Part shown: positions 18,195 to 27,051 of the stretch, piece after piece | How positions within the stretch are numbered: position 1 is the stretch's first letter | Layout: each line of letters begins with the position of its first letter | NCBI GenBank assembly: GCA_963605535.1 | Contig: CAVCXB010000003.1 | Location: 19,797 to 83,796 of the forward strand | Direction of reading: 5' to 3' | Origin: Wujia chipingensis | Lineage (GTDB): Bacteria; Bacillota; Clostridia; Lachnospirales; Lachnospiraceae | Length of the DNA: 64,000 nucleotides | Position numbers and translations under genes: made by a program | The notes under the pieces: generated by a model | Database searches by the model: none | Told to the model about the DNA's origin: nothing | Seen by the model: only the letters and a program-made list of their open reading frames with translations

Positions 18195-18701
18195 TTACTT
18201 GTCTTCTTTCACCGGAAGCACGTTGAACGCGCCATCCTTATCCGGTACATCGACATTCAACACAGCTTCATCGAAATCCTGATTACCTTCAACAACGCCG
18301 CACACTGTGGGAAAGATTTCTTTTAGCTTTTCGGCGAGGATCTTTGCGCACTCGTCTATTCGGCTGCGAAGCTCGCTCTGTACGCATTCCTTGAACTCCT
18401 TCCATGGCGATTCATCGCATGGGATGACATCATCCCCGCAGCGAAGCTCGGAGTTCCCAATCGACTTCCTGTCGCCGACGAGGGTGAGTGTGATGGTTGG
18501 GCAGCCTTCTGCATCGAGCTTGAGGCATCCACGTGCCGTAGGCACGCATCCGTTGAGCTCAACATCGATAATCGGGTAGAACCCGAACGCCTCGTCAAGC
18601 AGCATGTCCTTCGATATGCTGATGTCGAAGCTTCTTGAATCTGATTCCTCGCTGGCTTTGCTTGGGGCAATCTGCAGTACGTATTTCGAATAATCTGTCA
18701 T
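18195..18701 (-). CDS. hypothetical protein (possible DGYYP-family member)
   Basis: AAAGGA SD; FGFYPII motif. Confidence 0.75.
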   Translation of the reverse strand: MTDYSKYVLQIAPSKASEESDSRSFDISISKDMLLDEAFGFYPIIDVELNGCVPTARGCLKLDAEGCPTITLTLVGDRKSIGNSELRCGDDVIPCDESPWKEFKECVQSELRSRIDECAKILAEKLKEIFPTVCGVVEGNQDFDEAVLNVDVPDKDGAFNVLPVKEDK

Positions 18702-18719
18702 AGTTTCAATTTATCCTTT

Positions 18720-19841
18720 CTATTCTATCGGCTTCATCTTATTGACGTCCGGAAGATTGCATGCCTTCGCTTCGGTCTCATCGACAACGCTGTATTTCCT
18801 GTACGTAGTGATGCCATCCGTCATCCTGATACTCTTCATCCAGAATCTGATCTCATGGGATCTGTAATCATTCAGGCGCTGTACGTATTCATCACGTGGC
18901 ATGTCCATACGTACTGGATTCATGTCACCGGCCATCTGAGCCAAATCACGCATCATATGGAATCGGGACCTGATGTCATTGTTCCTGAGTACGTACGGAC
19001 TGTCTTCGCAAATCCAATATGTGTTCGCAATCTTGCGTCCATTGAAGTCGATTCCGTTGCCGAGCGCTGCACGCTTCAGGGTGATTCTCGTCTGCGTCTT
19101 CTGGAATTCCAATTCGATCTTAAGCCGGATGGGGTAGTATCCATCCTGGCTGAATGCCGGATCGCATACGGCGAGTTCCCTGAGTGGTGGAATATCAAAT
19201 AGATTTTCCTCTGTATTCACATACATATCAAGGGCAGAATCGAGCCTGGATGCCGTCTCTGCGTCGACGATGTCTCGGTAGAGGCCATCAACACGTAGCT
19301 GCAGATTGTCTTGCGGCAAGGTGATGTGCCCGTGCTGTACGTAGAGCCAGCATGCCTTTCCAACAAGAACGTCTCTCAGTTCCTGATTTATCAGTCCAGC
19401 ATCAAGCTCACTCTGCGGGATGTACTCGAACGGATTTCTATACGTACTGTCAATGAGCTTCAGGCGCCTGAGATTCTCGAAGCATGAGTTCCACGGCGAC
19501 GCCTTGATGTACGTAGTGATGGTGAGCGCCTTTCCCCCATTGATTATCCTGTACGTATCACCAGCCGAGAAATCCTTGCTCAGCACAATCGGACTTGCCT
19601 TGAGGATGATTTGATTCATCGCTCCGAAGTGGCGCATTCCGATATGATAAACACTGCTGTCAACGGCTGATATGACATCCTTGATGATGCAATGGTAATA
19701 TCCGTCTATCAGCCTGTCGTCCTGATACATCATTCTGCTGACGAGGAATTTCTTTGCGAATCGACATCCCCATTCCTGGATTGATCGGAGGAGGTCGTCC
19801 CTCATCTCCTTCTCTTTTCCTGCGAATTCCTCCGTCGTCAT
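18720..19841 (-). CDS. hypothetical protein with two DGYYP-family domains
   Basis: IDGYYHCII and QDGYYPIRL...GNGIDFNGRKI. Confidence 0.8.
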   Translation of the reverse strand: MTTEEFAGKEKEMRDDLLRSIQEWGCRFAKKFLVSRMMYQDDRLIDGYYHCIIKDVISAVDSSVYHIGMRHFGAMNQIILKASPIVLSKDFSAGDTYRIINGGKALTITTYIKASPWNSCFENLRRLKLIDSTYRNPFEYIPQSELDAGLINQELRDVLVGKACWLYVQHGHITLPQDNLQLRVDGLYRDIVDAETASRLDSALDMYVNTEENLFDIPPLRELAVCDPAFSQDGYYPIRLKIELEFQKTQTRITLKRAALGNGIDFNGRKIANTYWICEDSPYVLRNNDIRSRFHMMRDLAQMAGDMNPVRMDMPRDEYVQRLNDYRSHEIRFWMKSIRMTDGITTYRKYSVVDETEAKACNLPDVNKMKPIE

Positions 19842-20362
19842 AAGTTGATCTCCGGCAATCCAAGCTTATCTGCGCATGACTTCGGTACGTAATCGAACCA
19901 TGTTACGTATCCATCCGGCTTCTCGATGGTTTTGATGCGTATATAGAACTTCATACGTATATTCTTCGCCAGGCTGCGGCTGAGCTCATCCACATCACCT
20001 TTGGTTACGGTGCGGTTCTGGAAATGGGTGCGTATGTCCTGAATGAACTCCATGCTGTCTTTGGTATTCGCATTGGTGCCATACGTTGCGATGGTGTTGA
20101 TGTCTTTGATTAGAATGTCGAACATGCTCTGATTCGGATGAAGGATGCGTATCTTATCGATTATGCGATTCCCGTAGTTGCTGATGACATTGCCGAAGAG
20201 ATCGATTCCATCGCCAAGGATACGTACTGTTTCGGTGACCATCGGCTTGTGGCTGCCTGAGACACCGCATCTTGCCATATACAGAACGGCAGGATAGTAT
20301 CCGTCGATGATCGGATTTGTTTCCACTTCCGGAAACCTATGCGTGCTGAAATGCTCTATCAT
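19838..20362 (-). CDS. hypothetical protein (DGYYP paralog family)
   Basis: IDGYYPAVL...ILGDGIDLFGNVI...FYIRIKT. Confidence 0.8.
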   Translation of the reverse strand: MIEHFSTHRFPEVETNPIIDGYYPAVLYMARCGVSGSHKPMVTETVRILGDGIDLFGNVISNYGNRIIDKIRILHPNQSMFDILIKDINTIATYGTNANTKDSMEFIQDIRTHFQNRTVTKGDVDELSRSLAKNIRMKFYIRIKTIEKPDGYVTWFDYVPKSCADKLGLPEINL

Positions 20363-20901
20363 GATCTGTTCAATTCCTCCAGTCCCAGCGCCTTCACATC
20401 CTCATGTTTGACATACTCATACACTGTCTTGTACGTATTGGGCAGTTCAACCGTCGTGATACGTACATAGAAGACAGTCTCGATTCCGCCGATTCTACAC
20501 TGTGCAAACGTTTTGATCGCGGAATCGGGCATGATGATGTCCGCTGCTATATGACGGATATTGAGATATTTATCATGGTCGGGCTCATACATCGCGATGC
20601 AGACGAGATGATCGTATAGCCTATAGTCTATTCTTTCATCATCTCCGTCATTGATTCCGAAGGTCTTGCCGATGCAGTCGACATCGGGAATCTTGTTTCC
20701 GTGGAAATCAATTCCCTGCCCGACGATGCGCAATTTCTCGACAATGGCGATGTGCCCCGTCTGTTTGATCGTACATATCGACGCGCCAACAATGCGACAC
20801 GGATAGTATCCGTCAGTGATGTGGTATGGATTGATGTCATGTGTGTGCAGGGTGGCGTTCCTGATGCCTTTTGACAAATCATCGTACATGTGGCTGGACA
20901 T
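20359..20901 (-). CDS. hypothetical protein (DGYYP paralog family)
   Basis: TDGYYPCRI...IVGQGIDFHGNKI...FYVRITT; AAAGGAG SD. Confidence 0.8.
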   Translation of the reverse strand: MSSHMYDDLSKGIRNATLHTHDINPYHITDGYYPCRIVGASICTIKQTGHIAIVEKLRIVGQGIDFHGNKIPDVDCIGKTFGINDGDDERIDYRLYDHLVCIAMYEPDHDKYLNIRHIAADIIMPDSAIKTFAQCRIGGIETVFYVRITTVELPNTYKTVYEYVKHEDVKALGLEELNRS

Positions 20902-20928
20902 AGCTGATTCTCCTTTCCATTCTGATTC

Positions 20929-21180
20929 CTACTCGAAGTCGTACGTACGGCAGTCTTTCCTGAACTGATTCGAATCTTTGCCGGTAATCATACGTACTGC
21001 TTCATCCATATCATCTGTCGGCACTTCATACGTACAGCCGAATCCGACGCTGTCGTAATACACGACTGTCTTTCCATCCCAGCACTGCGATGGCGAATAG
21101 CTGCAATAGCTCCTATCCACCTTTGCATTGAGCTTCGCACGAAGCTCCTCGAGAATTCTCATCTTTGCTTCTTCTGTCAT
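20929..21180 (-). CDS. hypothetical protein
   Basis: start MTEEAK after GGAGG. Confidence 0.7.
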   Translation of the reverse strand: MTEEAKMRILEELRAKLNAKVDRSYCSYSPSQCWDGKTVVYYDSVGFGCTYEVPTDDMDEAVRMITGKDSNQFRKDCRTYDFE

Positions 21181-21182
21181 TT

Positions 21183-21764
21183 CTAATTGTCCTCCAAGAG
21201 CTTTTGCTGTGCGTATCGGATGATCGCAATCCAGCACAGGAAATGTTCCTTCAGTTTCCATCCCCAGCGCTGGGCGAGTTCCCACACGTCCGGGTCGATG
21301 ATATCAGCTATCAAATTGACGAACTCTATCGCCGAGGTCGTGCCATCGACTTCCTCGAGGCTCCCTTCGACATCCTCGTCATCCCAGGCATCACCGACGG
21401 TATTCCTATTGATGCTGTTCTCTTTGAAGTATTCCTTCACATCCTCGATGAATTTCCCGGGGTCGAACTCATATGGCTCTCCGGCCTCAACCTTTTCCGC
21501 GATGTAATCGGCGTTGAACTCTCGGGTTCCGATGTCTTCCAGATAGACATGCCACCAGTTCTTGCCAAGCACATACGTACTGTAATCGCCATAGCAGAGA
21601 ATCTTATACTGATTCCCCTTCTCGATGACATCGATATATGATGTATACGCTCCATACTTGAACACGATATTCGTCATGTTTCCTTGCTTATCCAGTACGT
21701 ACTGAACAGTGGCACCATTCTTCTTGAACGTCTCTGTCAGTTCTTCAATGCAATCCATTGCCAT
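21183..21764 (-). CDS. hypothetical phage protein
   Basis: start MAMDC after AAAGGAG. Confidence 0.75.
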   Translation of the reverse strand: MAMDCIEELTETFKKNGATVQYVLDKQGNMTNIVFKYGAYTSYIDVIEKGNQYKILCYGDYSTYVLGKNWWHVYLEDIGTREFNADYIAEKVEAGEPYEFDPGKFIEDVKEYFKENSINRNTVGDAWDDEDVEGSLEEVDGTTSAIEFVNLIADIIDPDVWELAQRWGWKLKEHFLCWIAIIRYAQQKLLEDN

Positions 21765-21921
21765 CTTTCTTCTCCTTTTCCAATACATACAAGTACTCTT
21801 TTTCCGTGAGCTCGACGATGTACGTGATTTCCTTCACATGCTTCTTCACATCGAACTCATGATACGGACCGAATGATTCCCATACAGTCTTTCTTCTGTG
21901 TCTGATTTTAAGCGTCTTCAT
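21745..21921 (-). CDS. small hypothetical protein (58 aa, not in ORF track)
   Basis: AAAGGA SD then MKTLKIRHRRKTVWESFGPY...GNGLH*. Confidence 0.65.
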   Translation of the reverse strand: MKTLKIRHRRKTVWESFGPYHEFDVKKHVKEITYIVELTEKEYLYVLEKEKKDGNGLH

Positions 21922-21995
21922 CTTATTTCCTTTCTATACGTAATGCCTTCCTCCTGGCTGCGCCCGATGGCGCACCAGGATTTGGGCTATACGTA

Positions 21996-22457
21996 TTACC
22001 TCTTGTCTTCCGGGAAGAGTTCGTAATACACATCATCCGGAATCTCATCGACACTTACCGGCGTGAGGATTTCCTCATGGGTGGATTTCTTCTGGCTGCG
22101 CCTGATCCACAGATACACATCCTTATTCTTTTCAACCGCCTGCTTCACTTTGTTCGTATCGATTCTCTCGCCGACCACTTTATTGAAGTGCTGGCTCTTG
22201 GTGAGATTGAAGTCGTAATAGTCATGGCCGGTGGATGTCGTACACTTGCAGAGGATTCTCTCCACATTGAGCCTGTCTTCCTTGCTGTTGAAATTGAACG
22301 TCAGCGTGAACCGGGGAATGCTCATGGGGATCACTGTCGGGTCATCACACTTCAGCGTGCACGCCATTGACACTCTCTTCTGGCTCTTGTCTTCAGCTCC
22401 GACGAGATAATTGATCATGCTGATTCTCGTCAGAAAGTATCCTGTTGGAAACTTCAT
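21996..22457 (-). CDS. hypothetical protein
   Basis: AGGAGG SD; PTGYFLTRI weakly resembles DGYYP family start. Confidence 0.75.
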   Translation of the reverse strand: MKFPTGYFLTRISMINYLVGAEDKSQKRVSMACTLKCDDPTVIPMSIPRFTLTFNFNSKEDRLNVERILCKCTTSTGHDYYDFNLTKSQHFNKVVGERIDTNKVKQAVEKNKDVYLWIRRSQKKSTHEEILTPVSVDEIPDDVYYELFPEDKR

Positions 22458-22472
22458 ATCTTTTTTCCTCCT

Positions 22473-22976
22473 TTAATATGATGTGTATTCAAGCCTTGCC
22501 GATGGATCTTCATCCATCAGCTTCAGCATTTCATCGATGAATATGACCAGCTCGACACAGTTGTCCTTGTATGTCTCATCATATGCCTCAGGCTTGTAGT
22601 TTTTTCCACTGTACGTAGGAAAGTGCTCGGTGGCGTATTCGATGAACCAATCCTCGCTCTTGCTGAAATGATCGATGACTTTGTCGACGATCATCTTCAG
22701 ATCCTTCAGCTCATGATAGCTGATGTGAGTTGTGTCAAAGCGTTTGTTCGGATTGATTCCCGCCAATTCGCATACGTACTTATGCAGTGCGGTGAAGTTC
22801 TCGAACTTCCCGACTGTCATCGTGACTGTCGCCTGTCCGTAAAACCCCTTCTTGTTTGCCACCTTGACAATCTCGCCGGGGAGCCTTGCGCACTCCTCGT
22901 CGGCTGTCTTGTCCGCCGCAGCCCTTGTCAGGCTGATGACGCTTGTGATTTCTGCCACTGTGTATGAGTTTCCCAT
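22473..22976 (-). CDS. hypothetical phage protein
   Basis: AGGAGG SD, operon packing. Confidence 0.75.
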   Translation of the reverse strand: MGNSYTVAEITSVISLTRAAADKTADEECARLPGEIVKVANKKGFYGQATVTMTVGKFENFTALHKYVCELAGINPNKRFDTTHISYHELKDLKMIVDKVIDHFSKSEDWFIEYATEHFPTYSGKNYKPEAYDETYKDNCVELVIFIDEMLKLMDEDPSARLEYTSY

Positions 22977-22995
22977 TATTTGCCATACCCTCCTT

Positions 22996-23391
22996 TCATA
23001 TCACTTCGGCACTAAGATGCCCATCCCTGTCTGAGATGAAGTATCGCTTTCCGTCTACGTACAGTGCAAGGCTTGTGAGCGACACATCATCGGCTGAAAC
23101 ATCTTCTTCATCGTCGCTGCCATGAATTGGTTCTACGTACAGACAGAGATGGCGTTCACATGCGATCATGTCATTGAGCTTGGCGCAATCCTCATCGGTC
23201 AGCTCATGATAATCATCGTCGCCTGGATTGCGTACGGAAAGCTTGCCGCTCACTCTTCCGCCGAAGTCATTGACGTCAGCATCGCCTTCGATGATGTACG
23301 CATACTTCTTGCCATCGCCATCCGTGAACACAAACTCACTCGGTGAGTATTTGAATCCGTTCTTGGATTCGAGATCATAATACAGATTCAT
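22996..23391 (-). CDS. acidic hypothetical protein
   Basis: AAAGGA SD. Confidence 0.75.
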   Translation of the reverse strand: MNLYYDLESKNGFKYSPSEFVFTDGDGKKYAYIIEGDADVNDFGGRVSGKLSVRNPGDDDYHELTDEDCAKLNDMIACERHLCLYVEPIHGSDDEEDVSADDVSLTSLALYVDGKRYFISDRDGHLSAEVI

Positions 23392-23451
23392 CTTTTTTTC
23401 CTTTCTTTCATGTCGTCAGTACGTATACTGGCGGGCTGCGCCCCCAGTATA

Positions 23452-24279
23452 CTAATAGTTCATAATCAATAGTTCATCAACCATGTGCCTCCTTGTCCCT
23501 GTCGAACCGACTGAGTGTCTCACCTGAAGCGATTCGATTCTGTACTTGGCGTAGCGTGTACGTATGAACTCGGTGTTGGCGTTGGACATCATACACAGAA
23601 CGCCTTTCGCTGTGAGCGAATCGAACAGATTGGCAAGCCTCTCCTGCTCTTCCCTGCAGAATCCGAACTTCGTATAGTCATTGAACATCTTTCCGTCTTC
23701 GGAATCATACGGCGGATCGAAGTACACGAAGTCATTCTTTGAAGCATCAATCACTGCATACGTATAGTTCACATTGATGATTTGGATGTCATTCCCAGAG
23801 AGGTACTTATGGATGTTGTCGAGGTTTTTCTTCGTGTAGATGATGGCACTCATATCCTTTCCATACGGGACATTGAAGTATCCATCCTTATTCACACGGT
23901 ACAGACCATTGAATCCGGTCTTATTCAGATAGATGAATCGCGCCGCACGTATGAACGGCTCAGTCTCCAGGAAATCCGCCTTGCGATCGAGCGCACGGAT
24001 CTGCCTATACGTATCTGCACTGTTGAGGGACTGATAATTCCTCAGCATCGGGATGAGATACTTATACTGCGTGGCATCCTTTATGGTTCTGTACGTATTG
24101 ATGAGCTCAGGATTGAGATCGTTTATGACAGCCTTCGGGGGCTGAAGCCTGAATAACAGAGCTCCTGATCCGAGAAATGCCTCGTAGTACGTATTGAATG
24201 AGGCGGGAACATGCTTGATGAGTCGATCAACACATCTCGATTTGCCTCCGACCCATTTGATGAACGGTTTCATTTCCAT
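23452..24279 (-). CDS. dam: Dam/D12-class N6-adenine DNA methyltransferase
   Basis: KPFIKWVGGK, YYEAFLGSGA, NDLNPELIN, FNGLYRVN, FNVPYG, VYFDPPY. Confidence 0.93.
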   Translation of the reverse strand: MEMKPFIKWVGGKSRCVDRLIKHVPASFNTYYEAFLGSGALLFRLQPPKAVINDLNPELINTYRTIKDATQYKYLIPMLRNYQSLNSADTYRQIRALDRKADFLETEPFIRAARFIYLNKTGFNGLYRVNKDGYFNVPYGKDMSAIIYTKKNLDNIHKYLSGNDIQIINVNYTYAVIDASKNDFVYFDPPYDSEDGKMFNDYTKFGFCREEQERLANLFDSLTAKGVLCMMSNANTEFIRTRYAKYRIESLQVRHSVGSTGTRRHMVDELLIMNY

Positions 24280-24281
24280 AT

Positions 24282-24608
24282 CTATTTGCCCTCCAGCAGT
24301 GTGAATCCCATCGCCTTCATCTTCGTCGGGTGAAGCTTGTACGTATATCGGATGAAGGCTTTGAATTTGGAATCATTCTCCTCGAAATACCTGATTACCA
24401 TATTGATGATGCGCTCTTTGTGCTCGCCCATCCATTCCCTTGACGGGACTGAGACGGCTTCGCATACACCGAATGTGTACGAGTCATCCTTGTCGAAATG
24501 AATCGTGGCGCTGCTGTTGCGGTGCCACATGTCGCTCCTGTACGTAAAGGAGTTGTCAAGGAAGATCAGCTCGGCGGCTGAATCCTTGAAGAGTTCGAAA
24601 TTAGTCAT
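24282..24608 (-). CDS. hypothetical protein
   Basis: start MTNFELF after AAAGGA. Confidence 0.7.
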   Translation of the reverse strand: MTNFELFKDSAAELIFLDNSFTYRSDMWHRNSSATIHFDKDDSYTFGVCEAVSVPSREWMGEHKERIINMVIRYFEENDSKFKAFIRYTYKLHPTKMKAMGFTLLEGK

Positions 24609-24912
24609 TGTCGGTTTCCTTTCTGTCATATCTGCTGTGGTCGACATCAAATCCGGCGTACTCGAACAGTGCGAATACGTACTGTTCTTCTCCGCCATAG
24701 AATTCCTCGCGGGGGAACCAATACACTCCAGTGTTGTTCTTGCTGACCCACACGTGGAAGTACTGTCTGAACGACGGGGAACGATAGTCCTCCGTGTTCA
24801 GCAGATCGAACATCTCATCGAGCTGTTCCTTCGTGCCCTTCACTTTGTAGCCAAAGATATCCTTCGTTGCGATACATGTGAGGACGGGTTTGTCATTTAC
24901 TGTCAGTTTCAT
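24601..24912 (-). CDS. hypothetical protein
   Basis: AAAGGAGGTGA SD. Confidence 0.75.
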   Translation of the reverse strand: MKLTVNDKPVLTCIATKDIFGYKVKGTKEQLDEMFDLLNTEDYRSPSFRQYFHVWVSKNNTGVYWFPREEFYGGEEQYVFALFEYAGFDVDHSRYDRKETDND

Positions 24913-24927
24913 TGAATCACCTCCTTT

Positions 24928-25230
24928 CTAGTCTAGGAACCTCAGCATCTTTCGGACATCTTCCTTGCTGAAATTCTTCGTATCGATCATACGGTCGGCT
25001 TCATCCCATAACACATTGTACGTACTGGCGAGGGATTCATTGTGATTCTCATAATGCTCCCAAATCTTCCAGTTCAATACGCACACGAGCTCTGCGAAAT
25101 CCATCGCATTGATTCTCGCCTGCGGAAGAACCTTTCTGTACGTATCCTTCACGGCATCGACACCGAACTTGTCGGCGATGCTGAAGTCATTCCAATACGT
25201 AGTCTTGAACTGATAACCCTCTGCTAACAT
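24928..25230 (-). CDS. hypothetical phage protein
   Basis: AGGAGG SD; TTYWNDFSIADKFG...ELVCVLNWKIW. Confidence 0.8.
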   Translation of the reverse strand: MLAEGYQFKTTYWNDFSIADKFGVDAVKDTYRKVLPQARINAMDFAELVCVLNWKIWEHYENHNESLASTYNVLWDEADRMIDTKNFSKEDVRKMLRFLD

Positions 25231-25964
25231 ACTTTTGTTTCCTCCTTTAATCTGTATGTCTTTTCAACAATCATCTCCGGATTCTTGCGCTCCTTTCCCT
25301 TCACATGCGGATGTACGTATACAACCTTCCCTGATTTCCTCATGTGTCTGTAATGACCGCGAACGTTCCACGCCGGACATGTGATTGTGCTATGATGCTT
25401 GGTGACTCTGCGTTCCCAATCATCGCTCAGATGAATCTGTCTTACGAGATTCACTTCTTTTTTATACTTGATCTTGCCATGCTTTCTGGATGCCACTGTA
25501 CGTACTGATTCGGTTGATTCATTGACGGCGAGCGTCGGAAGATAGTCCATGAGCATGATGTTTATTTCGAAGAATCGATTGACCATACAGATTATGAATT
25601 TTTTGTCCTCCGGCGTATTCCCGAATTTCTGATCGATGACTTCTCCATTTTTTGTGGCTCTCACTTGAATGAATCCGAGAACATCAAGATCATTCTCCGG
25701 CTTGACATCTACAATGAGGGAAGTCTTCAGTACGTATTTGCTTATATCCGGTCGGGTTGACGTACATTCCTGGAACACTTTGAGCCTGCGCTTACACGTA
25801 TCGAAATAGAACGTCGATGTGACAGTCGATGTGGGTGCGATGCTGATGTTCCTGAACTCCGTCAACGCAAAGTCCGTGATGCCATAGAGACGATTTCTGT
25901 ACGTATTATGAATCAACGGATCTATTCTTTCCTCATCCTTTACATAAGTCTTGATGACATCCAT
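25224..25964 (-). CDS. phage protein with C-terminal VRGH.R motif
   Basis: WNVRGHYR...VHPHVKG; start MDVIK after AAAGGA. Confidence 0.8.
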   Translation of the reverse strand: MDVIKTYVKDEERIDPLIHNTYRNRLYGITDFALTEFRNISIAPTSTVTSTFYFDTCKRRLKVFQECTSTRPDISKYVLKTSLIVDVKPENDLDVLGFIQVRATKNGEVIDQKFGNTPEDKKFIICMVNRFFEINIMLMDYLPTLAVNESTESVRTVASRKHGKIKYKKEVNLVRQIHLSDDWERRVTKHHSTITCPAWNVRGHYRHMRKSGKVVYVHPHVKGKERKNPEMIVEKTYRLKEETKVC

Positions 25965-26175
25965 ATCCTTTTTCCTTTCTTCTCTGCGTTGGCGGCGAAG
26001 CCCCAACCTCAGAGAGTTTTTTCAACAAACATCTTTTCTTTCATTACATAACAACCATCCTTTCTCAACGTCGATTTGGGTACAATAATAGGCTCGCTTA
26101 TGAGCGAACCTATTATTGCGTTTTTTGTTTTTCCTTGGCAACGGAGAACTGAGTTCTTCTATGATTACCATATTC

Positions 26176-26204
26176 ATTATATCAATTGGATAATCAAATG
26201 TCAA
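26176..26204 (-). promoter_or_regulatory. sigmaA-type promoter
   Basis: TTGACA-17 nt-TG.TATAAT. Confidence 0.85.
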
Positions 26205-26206
26205 CA

Positions 26207-26240
26207 AGAAAAAAGACCCGCGGTGGATGAATCCGCGGGC
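26207..26240 (-). terminator. intrinsic terminator
   Basis: CCCGCGG/CCGCGGG stem then TCTTTTTTCTT on minus strand. Confidence 0.8.
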
Positions 26241-26300
26241 GTAATGGAAAAAGAAGCTAATGGAATACCATCTATTTTGAAAGAGAGAAATAAATGATAC
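26207..26300 (-). ncRNA. candidate small RNA C (~95 nt, anti-RBS seed)
   Basis: promoter at 26307-26335, terminator at 26207-26240, seed CATTTATTTCTCTCTTTC. Confidence 0.5.
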
Positions 26301-26306
26301 TTTATT

Positions 26307-26335
26307 ATATTAGCATCTTTCTGTACGTATGTCAA
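26307..26335 (-). promoter_or_regulatory. promoter for candidate sRNA C, with TACGTACAG in its spacer
   Basis: TTGACA-TACGTACAGAAAGATGC-TAATAT. Confidence 0.6.
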
Positions 26336-26988
26336 GATAAACCTAAGTTATCAGAGATGTCCTTCAACTCGGAATCCCCGCGATCATAATTGTAATCATA
26401 CTTATGCTCGGCATTCTGTACGTAGAATCTTCCACCCCAATCACCGCTCTCGTCGATGTACTCGACTTCGAATTCGGTATTTGGGTACTGTCTGGAGAGT
26501 TCATCGATGATTGGGATCGCCGGTGACCACGCCGTATCAAACTCGATATAGCCGTCTTCATGGCTTACGTGCGTGTTGTTTGCGTTCCATTTTGTTCCCC
26601 ATTTGTCAATGCTCCAGTCATACCAGTTCGCATATCCATACTTTACGTAATTGTCGGCGCACTGCTTGCCGAGTTTCAGCAACTCATCCTTAGGCTTATC
26701 CTTACATTCTTCTGTCAATCTGCATGTATCAGCCTCGAACTTCACTTCATCATATTTGCCATGATACATCTTCGTCAGGATCATATGTCTGGTGATGACA
26801 TCCGTCATGCTACGTACATACATATGAAGTCCTGCATTTGATTTACAGCTTACTTCGACTTCGAGTTCCTTCGGCATCGGAATGATGAGGTTGAAGTCGA
26901 TGGCGTTATCCGTGAAGTACATCTCTTCAATGCTCTTGATGACTGCTGTGCTGTTCGTATGCAGTCTTTGTGTTACCCAATTTGGCAT
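26332..26988 (-). CDS. DUF1281/YubB ferredoxin-like domain protein
   Basis: MPNWV, DFNLIIPMP, NWYDWSIDKWGTKWNA, FDTAWSP. Confidence 0.85.
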   Translation of the reverse strand: MPNWVTQRLHTNSTAVIKSIEEMYFTDNAIDFNLIIPMPKELEVEVSCKSNAGLHMYVRSMTDVITRHMILTKMYHGKYDEVKFEADTCRLTEECKDKPKDELLKLGKQCADNYVKYGYANWYDWSIDKWGTKWNANNTHVSHEDGYIEFDTAWSPAIPIIDELSRQYPNTEFEVEYIDESGDWGGRFYVQNAEHKYDYNYDRGDSELKDISDNLGLS

Positions 26989-27051
26989 TTCTTTTTTTCC
27001 TTTCTTTATTTCCCCTCGTCGGGCGAAGCCGACGAGGGTACTGTACGTATT

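Noticed and set aside
26294..26389. Short plus-strand peptide MILYYISIFLYVCQDK as a type I toxin antisense to sRNA C
   Set aside because: No plus-strand promoter or terminator found, hydrophobic stretch is short, and it overlaps a promoter and the upstream gene; not excluded experimentally
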